DNA of 64,000 nucleotides from an uncultured Thermus sp. (lineage in GTDB: Bacteria; Deinococcota; Deinococci; Deinococcales; Thermaceae). The notes under the pieces were generated by a model. That model saw only the letters and a list, made by a program, of their open reading frames with translations, ran no database searches and was not told the DNA's origin. Position numbers and translations under genes: made by a program. The stretch is taken from contig CAMTVD010000014.1 in NCBI GenBank assembly GCA_947085095.1, forward strand, positions 64,001-128,000, given 5' to 3'. This document shows positions 9,537 to 20,486 of the stretch, piece by piece (position 1 is the first letter of the stretch; each line of letters begins with the position of its first letter).

Positions 9537-10688
9537 ATGCGCGGCCTTTCCCAAAGGGTGAAGTCCATGAAGCCCTCGGCCACGGTGGCGGTGAACGCCC
9601 GCGCCCTGGAACTCAGGCGCCAGGGGGTGGACCTGGTGGCCCTCACCGCCGGGGAGCCCGACTTTGACACCCCCGAGCACGTCAAGGAGGCGGCCAGGCG
9701 GGCCATGGCCCAGGGCAAGACCAAGTACGCCCCCCCGGCGGGCATCCCCGAGCTGCGGGAGGCTTTAGCGGAGAAGTTCCGCCGGGAAAACGGCCTCGGG
9801 GTCTCCCCCGAGGAAACCATCGTCACCGTGGGGGGGAAGCAGGTCCTCTTCAACCTCTTCCAGGCCATCCTGGACCCGGGGGACGAGGTCATCGTCCTCG
9901 CCCCCTACTGGGTCAGCTACCCGGAGATGGTGCGCTTCGCCGGGGGGGTGGTGGTGGAGGTCCCCACCCTTCCCGAGGAGGGCTTCGTCCCCGACCCGGA
10001 GAGGGTGCGCCGGGCCGTCACGGGAAGGACCAAGGCCCTGGTGGTGAACTCCCCCAACAACCCCACGGGGGCCGTCTACCCCGAGGAGGTGCTGAAGGCT
10101 CTGGCGGAATTGGCCATGGAGCACGACTTCTACCTGGTCTCCGACGAGATCTACGAGCACCTCATCTACGAGGGGGTCCACTTCTCCCCGGGAACCCTGG
10201 CCCCCGAGCACACCCTCACCGTGAACGGCGCCGCCAAGGCCTTCGCCATGACGGGCTGGCGCATCGGCTACGCCTGCGGTCCCAAGGCGGTCATCAAGGC
10301 CATGGCCGACGTGTCCAGCCAGTCCACCACCAGCCCCGACACCATCGCCCAGTGGGCCACCCTCGAGGCCCTCACCAACCAGGAGGCCTCCCAGGCCTTC
10401 ATCGCCATGGCCAGGGAAGCTTACAGGAGGCGGCGGGACCTCCTCCTGGAGGGGCTTAGCCGGCTTGGCCTCAGGGCGGTCCGCCCCAGCGGGGCCTTCT
10501 ACGTCCTCCTGGACACCTCCCCCTTCGCCCCGGACGAGGTGCAGGCGGCGGAGAGGCTCCTTATGGCGGGGGTGGCGGTGGTCCCGGGGACGGACTTCGC
10601 CGCCTTTGGCCACGTGCGCCTCTCCTACGCCACCAGCGAGGAGAACCTAAAGAAGGCCCTGGATCGCTTCGCCCAGGCCCTTCAGTAG
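9537..10688 (+). CDS. aspC: Aspartate (prephenate) aminotransferase, class I
   Basis: GEPDF, NSPNNPTG, SDEIY and KAFAMTGWRIGY motifs. Confidence 0.95.
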   Translation: MRGLSQRVKSMKPSATVAVNARALELRRQGVDLVALTAGEPDFDTPEHVKEAARRAMAQGKTKYAPPAGIPELREALAEKFRRENGLGVSPEETIVTVGGKQVLFNLFQAILDPGDEVIVLAPYWVSYPEMVRFAGGVVVEVPTLPEEGFVPDPERVRRAVTGRTKALVVNSPNNPTGAVYPEEVLKALAELAMEHDFYLVSDEIYEHLIYEGVHFSPGTLAPEHTLTVNGAAKAFAMTGWRIGYACGPKAVIKAMADVSSQSTTSPDTIAQWATLEALTNQEASQAFIAMAREAYRRRRDLLLEGLSRLGLRAVRPSGAFYVLLDTSPFAPDEVQAAERLLMAGVAVVPGTDFAAFGHVRLSYATSEENLKKALDRFAQALQ

Positions 10689-11131
10689 CGCTTGCTTTTC
10701 CTGGGAGCGAAGAGGAGGAGGACTGCCCCCAGGGTCACGCACACGTCCGCCAGGTTGAAGACGGGGAACTGGGCGATGAGGGGGATGGAGGTCCCCAGGT
10801 CCAGGTAGTCCACCACCCACCCCCGGCCCAGGCGGTCAATCCCGTTGCCCAAGGCCCCCGCCGCCACCAGGGTGAGGCCCAGGGTCCAGCCAAAGGGGTA
10901 GCGGCGGGAGGCGAGGAGGTAGAGGAGGAAGCCCCCCACGAGAAGGCTCAGCCAGCCTAGGAGTAGGGCCTGGCCCTGAAGGAGGCCGAATCCCGCCCCC
11001 GTGTTCTTGACCAGGGTGAGGTAGAGGAGGTCCCCCAGGAGGGGCCTGGGGATGGGGGAGAGGCTCTCCAGAGCCCGGAGCTTCAGGATCTGGTCAAAGG
11101 CGATCAAGAGGGGGATGAGCACCGTGGGCAT
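10682..11131 (-). CDS. lspA: Lipoprotein signal peptidase II
   Basis: [25 protein letters not shown] and FNLAD motifs. Start ATG11131 follows a TAGACT box. Confidence 0.93.
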   Translation of the reverse strand: MPTVLIPLLIAFDQILKLRALESLSPIPRPLLGDLLYLTLVKNTGAGFGLLQGQALLLGWLSLLVGGFLLYLLASRRYPFGWTLGLTLVAAGALGNGIDRLGRGWVVDYLDLGTSIPLIAQFPVFNLADVCVTLGAVLLLFAPRKSKRY

Positions 11132-11192
11132 CTCTAAGAGTCTAACCTGTGCTATACTCCTTAGGGTTTGCCTTCGGGCACGGGAGGGTGCG

Positions 11193-11489
11193 ATGTCCAA
11201 GGTGTGCGAGATCAGCGGCAAGCGGCCCATCGTGGCCAACAGCATAGAGAGGCGGGGTAAGGCCAAGCGGGAAGGGGGTGTGGGCCGGAAGACCACGGGG
11301 ATTTCCAAGCGCCGCCAACACCCCAACCTGCAGAAGGTGCGCGTGAAGGTGGCGGGCCAGGAGGTCACCTTCCGGGTGGCAGCAAGCCACATCCCCAAGG
11401 TCTACGAGCTTCTGGAAAGGGCCAAGGGGCTTAGGCTGGAAGGCCTTTCCGCCAAGGAGATCAAGAAGGAGCTCCTGAAGCTTCTTTAG
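11193..11489 (+). CDS. rpmB: 50S ribosomal protein L28
   Basis: [12 protein letters not shown]...[17 protein letters not shown] upstream. Confidence 0.96.
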   Translation: MSKVCEISGKRPIVANSIERRGKAKREGGVGRKTTGISKRRQHPNLQKVRVKVAGQEVTFRVAASHIPKVYELLERAKGLRLEGLSAKEIKKELLKLL

Positions 11490-11505
11490 CCTTAGGGGGA
11501 AGAGG

Positions 11506-11534
11506 GCTCAGGGGATCTCCCCCTGGGCTTTTTT
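11506..11534 (+). terminator. Intrinsic terminator after rpmB
   Basis: GCTCAGGGG-loop-CCCCTGGGC followed by TTTTTT. Confidence 0.7.
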
Positions 11535-11548
11535 CTTACACTAGGGGC

Positions 11549-12244
11549 ATGAACCTGAAGCCGGGGCACTACCTCCTCCTGGCCCTTTTCCTCTACGCCT
11601 CGGTGGTGACCCTGGGCTTTTCCCTTAGGGGCCGGCAGCTCGCCGCTTTGCGGCAGGAGGTGGGCCGGCTTTCCCAAGAGGCTCTCCTGGCCCCCGAAGG
11701 CTACCGCCTCCCCCTGCCCGGGGCCTGCCTCCCCTCCCGTGCGGAGAACCTTCCCAACGCCCCCCGCCCCTACCGCAAAGGGGTCAGCGCGGGGTTTGTC
11801 TTCCTGAACGGGGATGCCTGCGTGCCCGTGGTGCGGGGGATGGGGGTGGTGGCGGCCCAGGGTGGGGAAGTGGTGAAGGTGGAAGCGGCCCACGAGGAAC
11901 CCAGCCCCGAGGCCTGGCGGGCCCTTCTGGAGCGGGTGAAGGAGGGGGCTTCCCCGGAGGACATGGACCTCCTGCGGGGCCTCGAGGTCTGGGTCCGCCA
12001 CCCCGACGGGCGCACCACGGTCTACGCCCACCTCCAGGCCCCCTACCCCGGTCTAAAAGTGGGGGATAGGGTGTCCCGGGGCGATGCCCTCGGCTACCTG
12101 GGGAACACCGGCCTCCAGGGCGGAGCCCCCAGGCTCCTCTTTGAGGTCTGGGAGGGGGAGCCAGGCCGGAGCCCCTTTCTCTTCCAGGGCCTAAAAGGGG
12201 AGGACCTTCTCCGCCAAGCCAAGGCCTTTTTCCGGCTAGAATAG
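11549..12244 (+). CDS. M23 (LytM) family protein with N-terminal membrane anchor
   Basis: VVAAQGGEV, TTVYAHL and GDRVSRGDALGYLGNTG motifs; Zn ligands appear degenerate. Confidence 0.8.
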   Translation: MNLKPGHYLLLALFLYASVVTLGFSLRGRQLAALRQEVGRLSQEALLAPEGYRLPLPGACLPSRAENLPNAPRPYRKGVSAGFVFLNGDACVPVVRGMGVVAAQGGEVVKVEAAHEEPSPEAWRALLERVKEGASPEDMDLLRGLEVWVRHPDGRTTVYAHLQAPYPGLKVGDRVSRGDALGYLGNTGLQGGAPRLLFEVWEGEPGRSPFLFQGLKGEDLLRQAKAFFRLE

Positions 12245-12248
12245 CCCC

Positions 12249-13346
12249 ATGCTCGAGGCCTTCCGGCAGGTCTGGGCCAACCCCTACGTGCGGGTCTTGG
12301 TCTACCTCCTCCTCTTTTACCTGGCCTTTCGCTTGTTGCAGAAGGCCTGGCCTGCCTTGCAGGTCCTCCTCACCGCCTTCGCCTTCGCCTACCTCACCCA
12401 TCCCCTGGTGAGGTTTTTTGAGGCCCGGAGGCTTCCCCGGGTCCTGGGGGTGGTCTTGGTTTACCTGGGGCTTGGCCTTTTCCTAGGCCTGACCTCTTTC
12501 CTTACGGCGCAAACCGTGGTGGAACTCTCCCGCCTAGCCCAAGAGCTTCCCCGTCTCCTGGACCCCCTTTGGGCCTGGCTCCTGGGCCTTCCCGACCGCA
12601 TCCAGGCCGTTCCGGTGCCGGAAAGCCTGAAGCCGGTCCTGGCCGAGGCCAGCCGCAACCTGCAGGGTCTCCTGCAAGGTTTTCTGGAAACCCTGGTGCG
12701 CTTCGTCCAGGGGCTTCTCGGCCAGGGAGGAAACCTCCTGGGCTTCTTCGCCTCCTTGGTGGGCGGCATCTTCCAGCTCCTCGCCGCCCTCACCCTCTCG
12801 GTTTACTTCCTCTACGACCTGCCCCGCCTAGGGCGGGCGGCCCTCCTGGTCTTCCCCGATCCCTACCAGCCCTTGGTGACTGACCTGGCCCGCAAGCTGG
12901 ACCGGAGCGTGGGGGGGTTCGTGCGGGGGCAGCTTCTGGTGGCTTTCCTGGTGGGCCTCATCGTGGGAATCGGGCTCTGGCTTGTAGGCGTGCCCCTGGC
13001 GGCCAGCCTCGGCTTTCTGGCGGGGGTCTTCAATCTCATTCCCTTTGTGGGGGTGATCGTCTCCGGGGTGCCTGCCCTGCTCCTGGCGGCCACGGGGGGC
13101 TGGCTGAAGGTGCTCCTGGCCCTTCTGGTCCTCTGGCTGGCCAACCAGCTGGAGGGAAACCTCCTCGGCCCCCTGATCGTGGGCCGGGCCACCCGGCTTC
13201 ACCCCGTGACCGCCATCGCCGCCATCCTGGTGGGGGCAAGCCTCTTCGGCCTCTGGGGGGCCCTCCTGGGGGTGCCCACGGCGGCTTTTCTCAAGGTGCT
13301 CCTCTTGGACTACTACCAGCGAAGCCGCCTGTACCGGGAGGGCTAG
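12249..13346 (+). CDS. AI-2E family transporter
   Basis: Hydrophobic protein with [22 protein letters not shown] and GALLGVP motifs. Confidence 0.88.
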   Translation: MLEAFRQVWANPYVRVLVYLLLFYLAFRLLQKAWPALQVLLTAFAFAYLTHPLVRFFEARRLPRVLGVVLVYLGLGLFLGLTSFLTAQTVVELSRLAQELPRLLDPLWAWLLGLPDRIQAVPVPESLKPVLAEASRNLQGLLQGFLETLVRFVQGLLGQGGNLLGFFASLVGGIFQLLAALTLSVYFLYDLPRLGRAALLVFPDPYQPLVTDLARKLDRSVGGFVRGQLLVAFLVGLIVGIGLWLVGVPLAASLGFLAGVFNLIPFVGVIVSGVPALLLAATGGWLKVLLALLVLWLANQLEGNLLGPLIVGRATRLHPVTAIAAILVGASLFGLWGALLGVPTAAFLKVLLLDYYQRSRLYREG

Positions 13347-14578
13347 GGGATCCGCTCCTCTTCTAGGGTCAGCTCCTCCGGCTCCAGCTGCCTGGGAAGG
13401 AGAAGGTTCAGTACTACCCCTGCCAGGGCCGCCAGGGCCATGCCGCTCACCTTGAGGGGGAGGGCGGCCCCGGCCACCTGGATGGTGCCCAGGTTGGCCA
13501 CCGCCCCGCCCAGGCCCAGGACCAGAATGGCGGAAACCACGATTAGATTGCGGCTTTTGGTGAAATCAATCTCCGCTTCCGCCAAGGTGCGGATGCCGAT
13601 GGAAGCGATCATGCCAAAAAGGAGCATGGCGATGCCTCCCAGGACCCCTTGGGGTAGGGTCTGGAGAAGGGCGGCCAGCTTGGGGGAGAAGGAGAGGAGG
13701 ATGGCGAAAAGGGCGGCGATGCGCAGGACCGAGGGGTCGTAAACCCGGGTTACAGCCAGGACCCCGGTGTTCTCCGAGTAGGTGGTGTTGGCGGGACCGC
13801 CCAGGAAGCCCGCCAGGCTGGTGGCGAGCCCGTCCCCCAGAAGGGTGCGCTGGAGGCCCGGCCTTAGGAAAAAGTCCTTTCCCACCACCCGGCCGTTGGT
13901 GAGGATGTCCCCGATGTGTTCCATCACCGTTACCAAGGCCACGGGGGCGATAAGGAGGACAGCCCCCCACTCCAGGGTGGCCGCGGTGAACTGGGGCATG
14001 CCGAACCAGGGGGCCTCGTAAAGGGGCTTGAGGTCTACCCGACCCAAGAGGAGGGCCAGGAGGTAGCCCGCCCCTACCCCGATGAGGACGGGGATCATCT
14101 GGAAGAGTCCCCGGAAAAACACTGCGCTCACCACCGCGCTGGCGAAGGTGAAAAGGGCCAGAAGCCAGTCCTTACTGGCCATCTGCACCGCCACCGGGGC
14201 CAGGGTGAGGCCGATGACCACGATGACCGGTCCCGTCACCACCGGCGGGAAGACCCGGCGGACCTTTTCGGAGCCGATGAGGAGGACGAGAAGGGCGAAG
14301 AGGGCGTAGACCAGCCCCGCTGCCAAGATGCCCCCACCCACGGCGCTCAAGGAGAAGCCCGCCTCCTTGGCCGCCAGGATGGGGGCGATGAAGGCGAAGC
14401 TGGAGCCTAAAAAGACGGGCACCATCCTTCCCGTGACCAGGTGGAAGACCAGGGTGCCAAGTCCGGCGGTGAAGAGGGCCACCGAGGGGTTGAGACCGGT
14501 GAGGAGGGGGACCAGGACCGTGGCCCCAAACATGGCCACCGTATGCTGGAGGCCCAGGATAAGGTGTCTTGGCTTCAT
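13343..14578 (-). CDS. uraA: Uracil/xanthine permease (NCS2 family)
   Basis: GLQH, GSSFAFI, EHIGD and NTTYSEN NAT motif. Confidence 0.9.
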   Translation of the reverse strand: MKPRHLILGLQHTVAMFGATVLVPLLTGLNPSVALFTAGLGTLVFHLVTGRMVPVFLGSSFAFIAPILAAKEAGFSLSAVGGGILAAGLVYALFALLVLLIGSEKVRRVFPPVVTGPVIVVIGLTLAPVAVQMASKDWLLALFTFASAVVSAVFFRGLFQMIPVLIGVGAGYLLALLLGRVDLKPLYEAPWFGMPQFTAATLEWGAVLLIAPVALVTVMEHIGDILTNGRVVGKDFFLRPGLQRTLLGDGLATSLAGFLGGPANTTYSENTGVLAVTRVYDPSVLRIAALFAILLSFSPKLAALLQTLPQGVLGGIAMLLFGMIASIGIRTLAEAEIDFTKSRNLIVVSAILVLGLGGAVANLGTIQVAGAALPLKVSGMALAALAGVVLNLLLPRQLEPEELTLEEERIP

Positions 14579-14590
14579 ACCAGGGGCATT

Positions 14591-15748
14591 CTACCAGTGC
14601 CCTCCGGCGGCCATGGCCTCCCGGAACCAGGCGGGGACCTCCTTGCCAAAGCGCCTTTCCGCAAAGTCCCGGGCGAAGTTTCCGTACTGGCCTTCCCGGA
14701 TGGCTCTTCTGGCCCCTTCCGTGAGGCGGTGCAGGAAGCGAAGGTTGTGCAGGGAAAGCAAAATGGCCCCCAGCATCTCCCCGGAGCGCACCAGGTGGGC
14801 CAGGTAGGCCCGGCTGAAGTTCTGGCAGGCGTAGCAGTCGCACCCCTCCTCCAGGGGTCCCTTCTCCTCCAGGTGGCGGGCGTTTTTCAGGTTGAGGCGC
14901 CCCTCCGGCACCAGGGCGCTCCCGAAGCGGCCCGTGCGGGTGGGGTAGACGCAGTCAAAGAGGTCCACCCCCAGGCCCATGGCCGCCACCAGGTCCTCGG
15001 GGTGGCCCACCCCCATGAGGTAGCGGGGGCGGTCCTCGGGGAGGAGGGCGGTGGAGAGCTCCACCATGGGGAACATCTCCCCCTTGGACTCCCCCACGGC
15101 CAGCCCCCCGATGGCGTACCCGGGCAGGTCAAAGCGGAGGGTCTCCAGGGTGGAAAGCCGCCTGAGCTCGGGGTCTGTTCCCCCCTGGGCGATGCCGAAG
15201 AGGGCCTGGTCGGGCCGGGTCTTGGCCTTCAGGCTCCTTTCCAGCCAGCGCAGGGTGCGGTCCAGGGAGGCCTTCAGGTACTCCCGGGAAGAGGGGTAGG
15301 GGGGGCACTCGTCAAAGGCCATGATGAGGTCCGCTCCCAGGGCCTCCTGGACGGCGATGCTCCTTTCGGGGGTGAGCTCCACCAGCTCCCCGTTTAGGTG
15401 GCTTTGGAAGACCACGCCCTTCTCGTCAATGCGGCGCAGGTGGCCCAGGCTCATCACCTGGAAGCCCCCGGAGTCCGTGAGCCAGGGGCCCTTCCAGCCG
15501 GCGAAGCCGTGGAGCCCCCCCAGGGCCCGCACCCGCTCGGGTCCCGGGCGCAGGAGGAGGTGGTAGGTGTTGGCCAGGAGGACCTGGCTTCCGATCTCCT
15601 TCAGGTCCTTGGGAAGGAGGCCCTTGACCGCGCCCTGGGTGCCCACGGGCATGAAGAGGGGGGTTTCCACGGGGCCGTGGGGGGTGGTGAGGAGCCCCAC
15701 CCTGGCCCGGCCAGAGCGGGCCGTGATCTGGAACTGGAAGGGGTTCAT
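14591..15748 (-). CDS. tgt: tRNA-guanine(34) transglycosylase
   Basis: [20 protein letters not shown] and CxCxxC Zn site. True start is MNPFQFQ at 15748. Confidence 0.96.
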   Translation of the reverse strand: MNPFQFQITARSGRARVGLLTTPHGPVETPLFMPVGTQGAVKGLLPKDLKEIGSQVLLANTYHLLLRPGPERVRALGGLHGFAGWKGPWLTDSGGFQVMSLGHLRRIDEKGVVFQSHLNGELVELTPERSIAVQEALGADLIMAFDECPPYPSSREYLKASLDRTLRWLERSLKAKTRPDQALFGIAQGGTDPELRRLSTLETLRFDLPGYAIGGLAVGESKGEMFPMVELSTALLPEDRPRYLMGVGHPEDLVAAMGLGVDLFDCVYPTRTGRFGSALVPEGRLNLKNARHLEEKGPLEEGCDCYACQNFSRAYLAHLVRSGEMLGAILLSLHNLRFLHRLTEGARRAIREGQYGNFARDFAERRFGKEVPAWFREAMAAGGHW

Positions 15749-16968
15749 GCCTCCCGTGGGGCGTAGTGGGTTTTGACGTAGTCCTCCAGCAGCTTGAGAA
15801 AGTCCTCGGCGATGGTTTCCCCCTTGAGGATGGTGAGGAGCTTGCCATCGGCGTAGACGGGGGCCTTGGGCTCCTCGCCGCTTCCGGGCAGGGAGATGCC
15901 GATGTGGGCGTGCTTGCTCTCCCCGGGGCCGTTGACCACGCAGCCCATCACCGCCACCTTGAGGCCCTCCACCCCGGGGTAGCGCCTCTGCCACTCGGGG
16001 AGCCTGGCCCTAAGGTGGCGGTTCACCTCCTCCGCCAGCTCCTGGAAGAAGGTGCTGGTGGTGCGGCCGCACCCGGGGCAGCTGGTCACCTCGGGGGCGA
16101 AGGTGCGGAGGCCCAGGGCCTGGAGGATCTCCTGGGCCACCTCCACCTCCTTGGTGCGGGGTTCCCCCGGGGCCGGGGTGAGGGAGACCCGGATGGTGTC
16201 CCCGATGCCTTCTAGGAGAAGGGGGGCTAGGGCGGCGGCCGAGGCCACGATTCCCTTCACCCCCATGCCCGCCTCGGTGAGGCCCAGGTGAAGGGGGGCT
16301 CTGGTGCGCCGGGCCAGCTCCCGGTAGACCCAGATCAGGTCCCGGGCCTTGGAAACCTTGGCGGAGAGGACAAGCTTGTCCTCCCCAAGGCCCATCTCCA
16401 AGGCGGCCTGGTAGGAGCGCACGGCGCTTTCCACCAGGGCCTCGAGGACCACCGCATGGGCCTCCTTGGGCTCGGGCCGCTTGGCGTTTTGGTCCATGAG
16501 CTCGGTGAGGAGGGCGGGGTCCAGGCTTCCCCAGTTGGCCCCGATGCGCACGGGCTTCCCCAGGTCCATGGCGATGCGGATCATCTCGCGGAAGTTCTCG
16601 TCCTTGTGGGTGCCCCGGCCCATGGTCCCCGGGTTGATGCGGAACTTGTCCAGGGCCTCGGCCATCCTGGGGTGCTTGCGGAGAAGGAGGTGGCCGTTGA
16701 AGTGGAAGTCCCCCACCAGGGGCACCTCCACCCCTTGGGCCAGAAGGCGGGCCTTGATCTCGGGCACCGCCCTGGCCGCCTCCTCGTCGTTCACCGTGAG
16801 GCGGACGATCTCGCTCCCCGCCCGGTGGAGGGAGAGGACCTGGGCGGTGGTGGCCTCCACGTCCTGGGTGGGGGTGTTGGTCATGGACTGAATGGCGATG
16901 GGGTGGGCGCTTCCCAGGGGAACGCGGCCAACCCAGACCGTAGGAGTAGGACGCCTCATCCTTCCCAT
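15745..16968 (-). CDS. ispG: HMBPP synthase (flavodoxin-dependent)
   Basis: [26 protein letters not shown] and [10 protein letters not shown] motifs. Start may instead be ATG16959. Confidence 0.96.
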   Translation of the reverse strand: MGRMRRPTPTVWVGRVPLGSAHPIAIQSMTNTPTQDVEATTAQVLSLHRAGSEIVRLTVNDEEAARAVPEIKARLLAQGVEVPLVGDFHFNGHLLLRKHPRMAEALDKFRINPGTMGRGTHKDENFREMIRIAMDLGKPVRIGANWGSLDPALLTELMDQNAKRPEPKEAHAVVLEALVESAVRSYQAALEMGLGEDKLVLSAKVSKARDLIWVYRELARRTRAPLHLGLTEAGMGVKGIVASAAALAPLLLEGIGDTIRVSLTPAPGEPRTKEVEVAQEILQALGLRTFAPEVTSCPGCGRTTSTFFQELAEEVNRHLRARLPEWQRRYPGVEGLKVAVMGCVVNGPGESKHAHIGISLPGSGEEPKAPVYADGKLLTILKGETIAEDFLKLLEDYVKTHYAPREA

Positions 16969-17026
16969 GGTAGCCCATGGGAAGGGGGAAACCCCTGGGC
17001 GGGCTACGTTCCCGCCCGCAGGCGGT

Positions 17027-17944
17027 TCAGCTGGCTTTCCCGGGGAGGCGGATGGGGGGGAGGGCGGCCTCTATGGCCGGGCGCTTCCCCTCAAGCCAAG
17101 GGGGAAGGACGAGGCGCTCCCCCAGGTCCTCTGGGTCCTCGTCCACGGCGAAGCCGGGCCCGTCCGTGGCCAGCTCTAAGAGCATCCCCCCGGGTTCCAG
17201 GAAGTAAACGGAACGGAACCAGAAGCGGTCTATGAGGGGGGTGGGCCGTAGCCCCCGGGCCAAAACCCTTTCCCGGAGGGTGAGGGCGTGGGCCTCGTCC
17301 CGCACCCGGAAGGCCAGGTGGTGGACCCCTCCCACCCCCAAGGCCCCCCGGCGCCCTTCGGGGAGGGCCTGGACCTCCAGGAAAGATCCCCCCTGCTCTA
17401 GGACAGAGCCTTTCCCCTGGCGGTAGCCCAGGACCTCTTGGAAGAAGGCCAGGGTCGGCCCCACCTCCCGCTCCAGGATCCGGGCCCCCAGAAGGCCCCG
17501 CACCTGGTGCTCTGGGGGGACGGGGCTGTCCTCCCAAGGGAGGCCCGGGCCCTGGGCGGCCGCTAGGGCCAGGGGCAGGCCGTGGGGGTCGGGGAAGAGG
17601 AGGGCGGGAAAGCCAAAGCGCTCCCCCTTTGCCAGGGGCCTGCCGTAGCGGGCCAGGCGGGCTTCCCAGAAGCCGAGGCTTTCTTGGGGCACGGCCAGGG
17701 CTACCTCCACCGCCTGCCCCACCCCAAAGCGGTTGGGGGGGAGGTGGGGCCAGGAGAAGAAGGTGAGGGCGGTGCCCGGGGTGCCCAGCTGGTCGGCGTA
17801 GAAGAAGTGGTAGGCGGTGGGGTCGTCCTGGTTCACGCTCCGCTTGACCAGGCGCAGACCCAACACCCCCAGGTAGAAGTCCAGGTTCTCCTGAGGGTCG
17901 CCGGCCACGCAGGTGATGTGGTGGAGCCCGAGGACGCCCTCCAT
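17027..17944 (-). CDS. VOC family ring-cleaving dioxygenase / glyoxalase (MhqO-like)
   Basis: GLHHIT, VNQDDP, GVHHLAF and [10 protein letters not shown]...ELATD motifs. Confidence 0.9.
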   Translation of the reverse strand: MEGVLGLHHITCVAGDPQENLDFYLGVLGLRLVKRSVNQDDPTAYHFFYADQLGTPGTALTFFSWPHLPPNRFGVGQAVEVALAVPQESLGFWEARLARYGRPLAKGERFGFPALLFPDPHGLPLALAAAQGPGLPWEDSPVPPEHQVRGLLGARILEREVGPTLAFFQEVLGYRQGKGSVLEQGGSFLEVQALPEGRRGALGVGGVHHLAFRVRDEAHALTLRERVLARGLRPTPLIDRFWFRSVYFLEPGGMLLELATDGPGFAVDEDPEDLGERLVLPPWLEGKRPAIEAALPPIRLPGKAS

Positions 17945-18035
17945 GGGGCCATGGTACGCCCCCAGGGGTGCGGCGAATGTGAGGGCGAAGAAAAGCCCCG
18001 TCGCGATCCAGGCCTTAGCCCGGTATACTCACGGT

Positions 18036-18425
18036 GTGGACCCCAAAGACCTCGAGGCCCTGGCCCGGGTTTTCGCCCGCTTTCCCCAGGTCCAGGCCGC
18101 CTTCCTCTTTGGCTCCCGGGCCCGGGGGGAGGCTGGGCCTCGTAGCGATTGGGATTTCGCCCTTCTCCTAGACCCTCCGGAGCCTGATCCCCGGCCGGAG
18201 ATCCTGGGCGCCCTGGTGGAGGCGGGCTACGAGCCCTTGGACCTCCTCCTTCTAAACGAGGCACCCCCTGCCCTGGCCCTGGAAGCGGCCCAGGGCCGCC
18301 TCCTGTACGCCCGGGAGGGCTTCAGCCTGGGGGAACACGTCTCCCGGCTGGCCCGGGAGGTCTGGGACCTGGAGCCCTTCTTCCGCCTTCAGCGGGAGGC
18401 CTTGAAGCGAAGGTGGTCCCCATGA
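18036..18425 (+). CDS. Minimal nucleotidyltransferase antitoxin (MntA-like, type VII TA)
   Basis: FLFGSRARG...SDWDFA matches GSx10DxD. GTG18036 lies 6 nt after TATACT. Confidence 0.88.
   Translation: MDPKDLEALARVFARFPQVQAAFLFGSRARGEAGPRSDWDFALLLDPPEPDPRPEILGALVEAGYEPLDLLLLNEAPPALALEAAQGRLLYAREGFSLGEHVSRLAREVWDLEPFFRLQREALKRRWSP
18048..18084 (+). repeat. 37-bp perfect direct repeat, copy 1
   Basis: GACCTCGAGGCCCTGGCCCGGGTTTTCGCCCGCTTTC, identical to 18794-18830. Confidence 0.95.
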
Positions 18426-18859
18426 CCCGGCCGGAGGTGTTGCGCCGGAGGCTGGCCCGTCTCGAGGAATACCTCGGCATCCTGAGAAGGCTTTCCGCAT
18501 ATTCTCTGGAGGAGTTCCTGGCCAGTCCTGAGCGCTACGGGGCCACGGAGCGTTTTCTTCAGCTTTCCATTGAGGCCATCAACGACATGGCGGCCCATGT
18601 GGCCGCCGAAGAGGGGTGGGGTCCCTTTGAGCGGGCCCGGGACCTGGTGGACCTCTTCCTGGCCCAGGGCTTGCTGGAAGAGGAGCTGGCGAAGAAGTGG
18701 CGGCAGATGATCGGGTTCCGCAACCTCCTGGTGCACGACTACCTGGACGTGGACCGCAAGCTGGTCCACCGCTTCCTTCGGGAGGGCCTTCAGGACCTCG
18801 AGGCCCTGGCCCGGGTTTTCGCCCGCTTTCTCTTAACCTCCATCCCCATGATGTGGTAG
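18422..18859 (+). CDS. HEPN/DUF86 ribonuclease toxin (HepT-like)
   Basis: FRNLLVHDY matches Rx4HxY; ERFLQLSIEA also present. ATGA overlap with the MNT gene. Confidence 0.88.
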   Translation: MTRPEVLRRRLARLEEYLGILRRLSAYSLEEFLASPERYGATERFLQLSIEAINDMAAHVAAEEGWGPFERARDLVDLFLAQGLLEEELAKKWRQMIGFRNLLVHDYLDVDRKLVHRFLREGLQDLEALARVFARFLLTSIPMMW

Positions 18860-19611
18860 CCCGCATCCACGTAGATGACCTCCCCGGTGATGCCGCTGGC
18901 TAGGGGGGATAGGAGGAAAAGCCCCAGGTTCCCCACCTCCTCCTGGGTGACGTTGCGCCCTAGGGGGGCCACCTGGGCCACCCGGTCGTACATCTTCATG
19001 AAGCCGGGGATGCTCCGGGCGGCCACGGTGCGCACCGGCCCCGCGGAGATGGCGTTCACCCGCACCCCCTTGGGGCCAAGCTCATAGGCCAGGTAGCGGA
19101 CGCTGGCCTCGAGGGCCGCCTTGGCGATGGCCATCACGTTGTACTTGGGCACCACCTTCTCGCTGGCGTAGTAGGTGAGGGTGACCATCCCACCCCCTTC
19201 CCGGAAGAGGGGCTCGGCCCGCTGGGCCACGGCCACCAGGGAGTAGGCGGAGACCTCCAGGGCCAGAAGCCAGTCCCCCCGCTTGGTGTCCACATACCGC
19301 CCCTCCATGGCCTCCCGGGGGGCGAAGGCGATGGCGTGCACCAGGTAGTCCAGGTGTCCCCAGGCCTCCTTGACCCCTAGGAAGAGGGCGTCCAGCTCCT
19401 CGTCCTTGGTGACGTCCGCCTGGAAGAGGAGGGCCCCGCCCAGGGCCTCGGCCAGCTTCTCCGCCTCAGGGCGGATCCTTTCCCCCTGGTAGCTTAGGGC
19501 CACCTCCGCCCCCGCCTCCTTGAGCTTCTCGGCGATGGCGAAGCCCAGGCTCCGCTGGTTGGTGACCCCCATGATGAGGGCCTTCTTGCCCGCAAGGTCC
19601 ACGCTGAGCAT
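18790..19611 (-). CDS. fabI: Enoyl-ACP reductase FabI
   Basis: GVTNQRSLG, YNVMAIAKAALE and NAISAGPVRT motifs. Confidence 0.96.
   Translation of the reverse strand: MLSVDLAGKKALIMGVTNQRSLGFAIAEKLKEAGAEVALSYQGERIRPEAEKLAEALGGALLFQADVTKDEELDALFLGVKEAWGHLDYLVHAIAFAPREAMEGRYVDTKRGDWLLALEVSAYSLVAVAQRAEPLFREGGGMVTLTYYASEKVVPKYNVMAIAKAALEASVRYLAYELGPKGVRVNAISAGPVRTVAARSIPGFMKMYDRVAQVAPLGRNVTQEEVGNLGLFLLSPLASGITGEVIYVDAGYHIMGMEVKRKRAKTRARASRS
18794..18830 (+). repeat. 37-bp perfect direct repeat, copy 2
   Basis: Identical to 18048-18084. Confidence 0.95.
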
Positions 19612-19684
19612 GGGGGGATTATACCCGGGCTAAGCACCCCGCCGTGGCCCTTGCCACGGCGGGGGCCCCTTAGAATGGGGCATC

Positions 19685-20179
19685 ATGGCGAACCTGGAAG
19701 CCTACGGGAGCAAAGAGGAGGTCTTGGCGCGCCTATTTCAAAGCCGCGAGGCCCTTTTGGCCCGCCTAAGGGAAGCGGAGGCCTCCTGGCTTGCCACCCC
19801 CCTCCGCCCCGGGGCCTGGACCCCCCTCATGGTGGCGGAGCACGTGGCCCTGGTGGAGGAGTCCACCGCCCGGGTCCTGAGGCGGCTCAGGCGGGTGGCC
19901 GCGGGGGAGAACCTTCCCCCCGTCCCCTTCGTCCCCGGGGAGTTCAAGGAGGGGAAGCCCCAGGCCCCCGAGCCCGTCCAGCCCAGGGGTGGGCTCTCCC
20001 TGGAGGAGGTCCTGGCCCTCTTGACGAAGGCCCGGGCCTTCCTGCTGGAGGAGGCCGAAAGGGCCGACCCCCACAACCCCGCCACCTTCCCCCATCCCTT
20101 CTTTGGCCCCCTCACCGCCCTGGGCTGGCTCCGGGCCGCCCTTTACCACGAGGAGCACCATTTAAAGGCCCTGGGCTAG
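19685..20179 (+). CDS. DinB family protein
   Basis: WTPLMVAEHV, HPFFG and HEEHH metal-binding histidines. Confidence 0.85.
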   Translation: MANLEAYGSKEEVLARLFQSREALLARLREAEASWLATPLRPGAWTPLMVAEHVALVEESTARVLRRLRRVAAGENLPPVPFVPGEFKEGKPQAPEPVQPRGGLSLEEVLALLTKARAFLLEEAERADPHNPATFPHPFFGPLTALGWLRAALYHEEHHLKALG

Positions 20180-20427
20180 GCGCCTTCCTGGTAACGGGCG
20201 AGCCAGGCATTCAGGCTTTGCGGGGATACCCCCCGGATGGCCTCGAGGCGGCCACCCCACTCCAGCACCACCCCGGCGGTGGGGCTTCCCACCAGCTCAG
20301 CGATCTTTTTGGCCGCCTCGGGGTCCTTCCTGGCGTTGACGAACTCGTAGGGGACCCCCTTTTGTTCCAAAAACATCTTCACGATCTCGCAGGGGCCGCA
20401 TCCCGGGATGCCGTAAAGCCGCACCAT
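20176..20427 (-). CDS. Glutaredoxin-like protein
   Basis: LYGIPGCGPC CxxC motif and GVPYEFVN. Confidence 0.8.
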   Translation of the reverse strand: MVRLYGIPGCGPCEIVKMFLEQKGVPYEFVNARKDPEAAKKIAELVGSPTAGVVLEWGGRLEAIRGVSPQSLNAWLARYQEGA

Positions 20428-20486
20428 ACCCCCTCAGGGTAGCATAAGGGGCTCTTTGCCGGGGCGTTGGGCTAACCTAGGGGACG

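Noticed and set aside
11193..11489. L28 with a single Cys (Zn-free form)
   Set aside because: Matches the ordinary Thermus L28 as I recall it, so it is not unusual.
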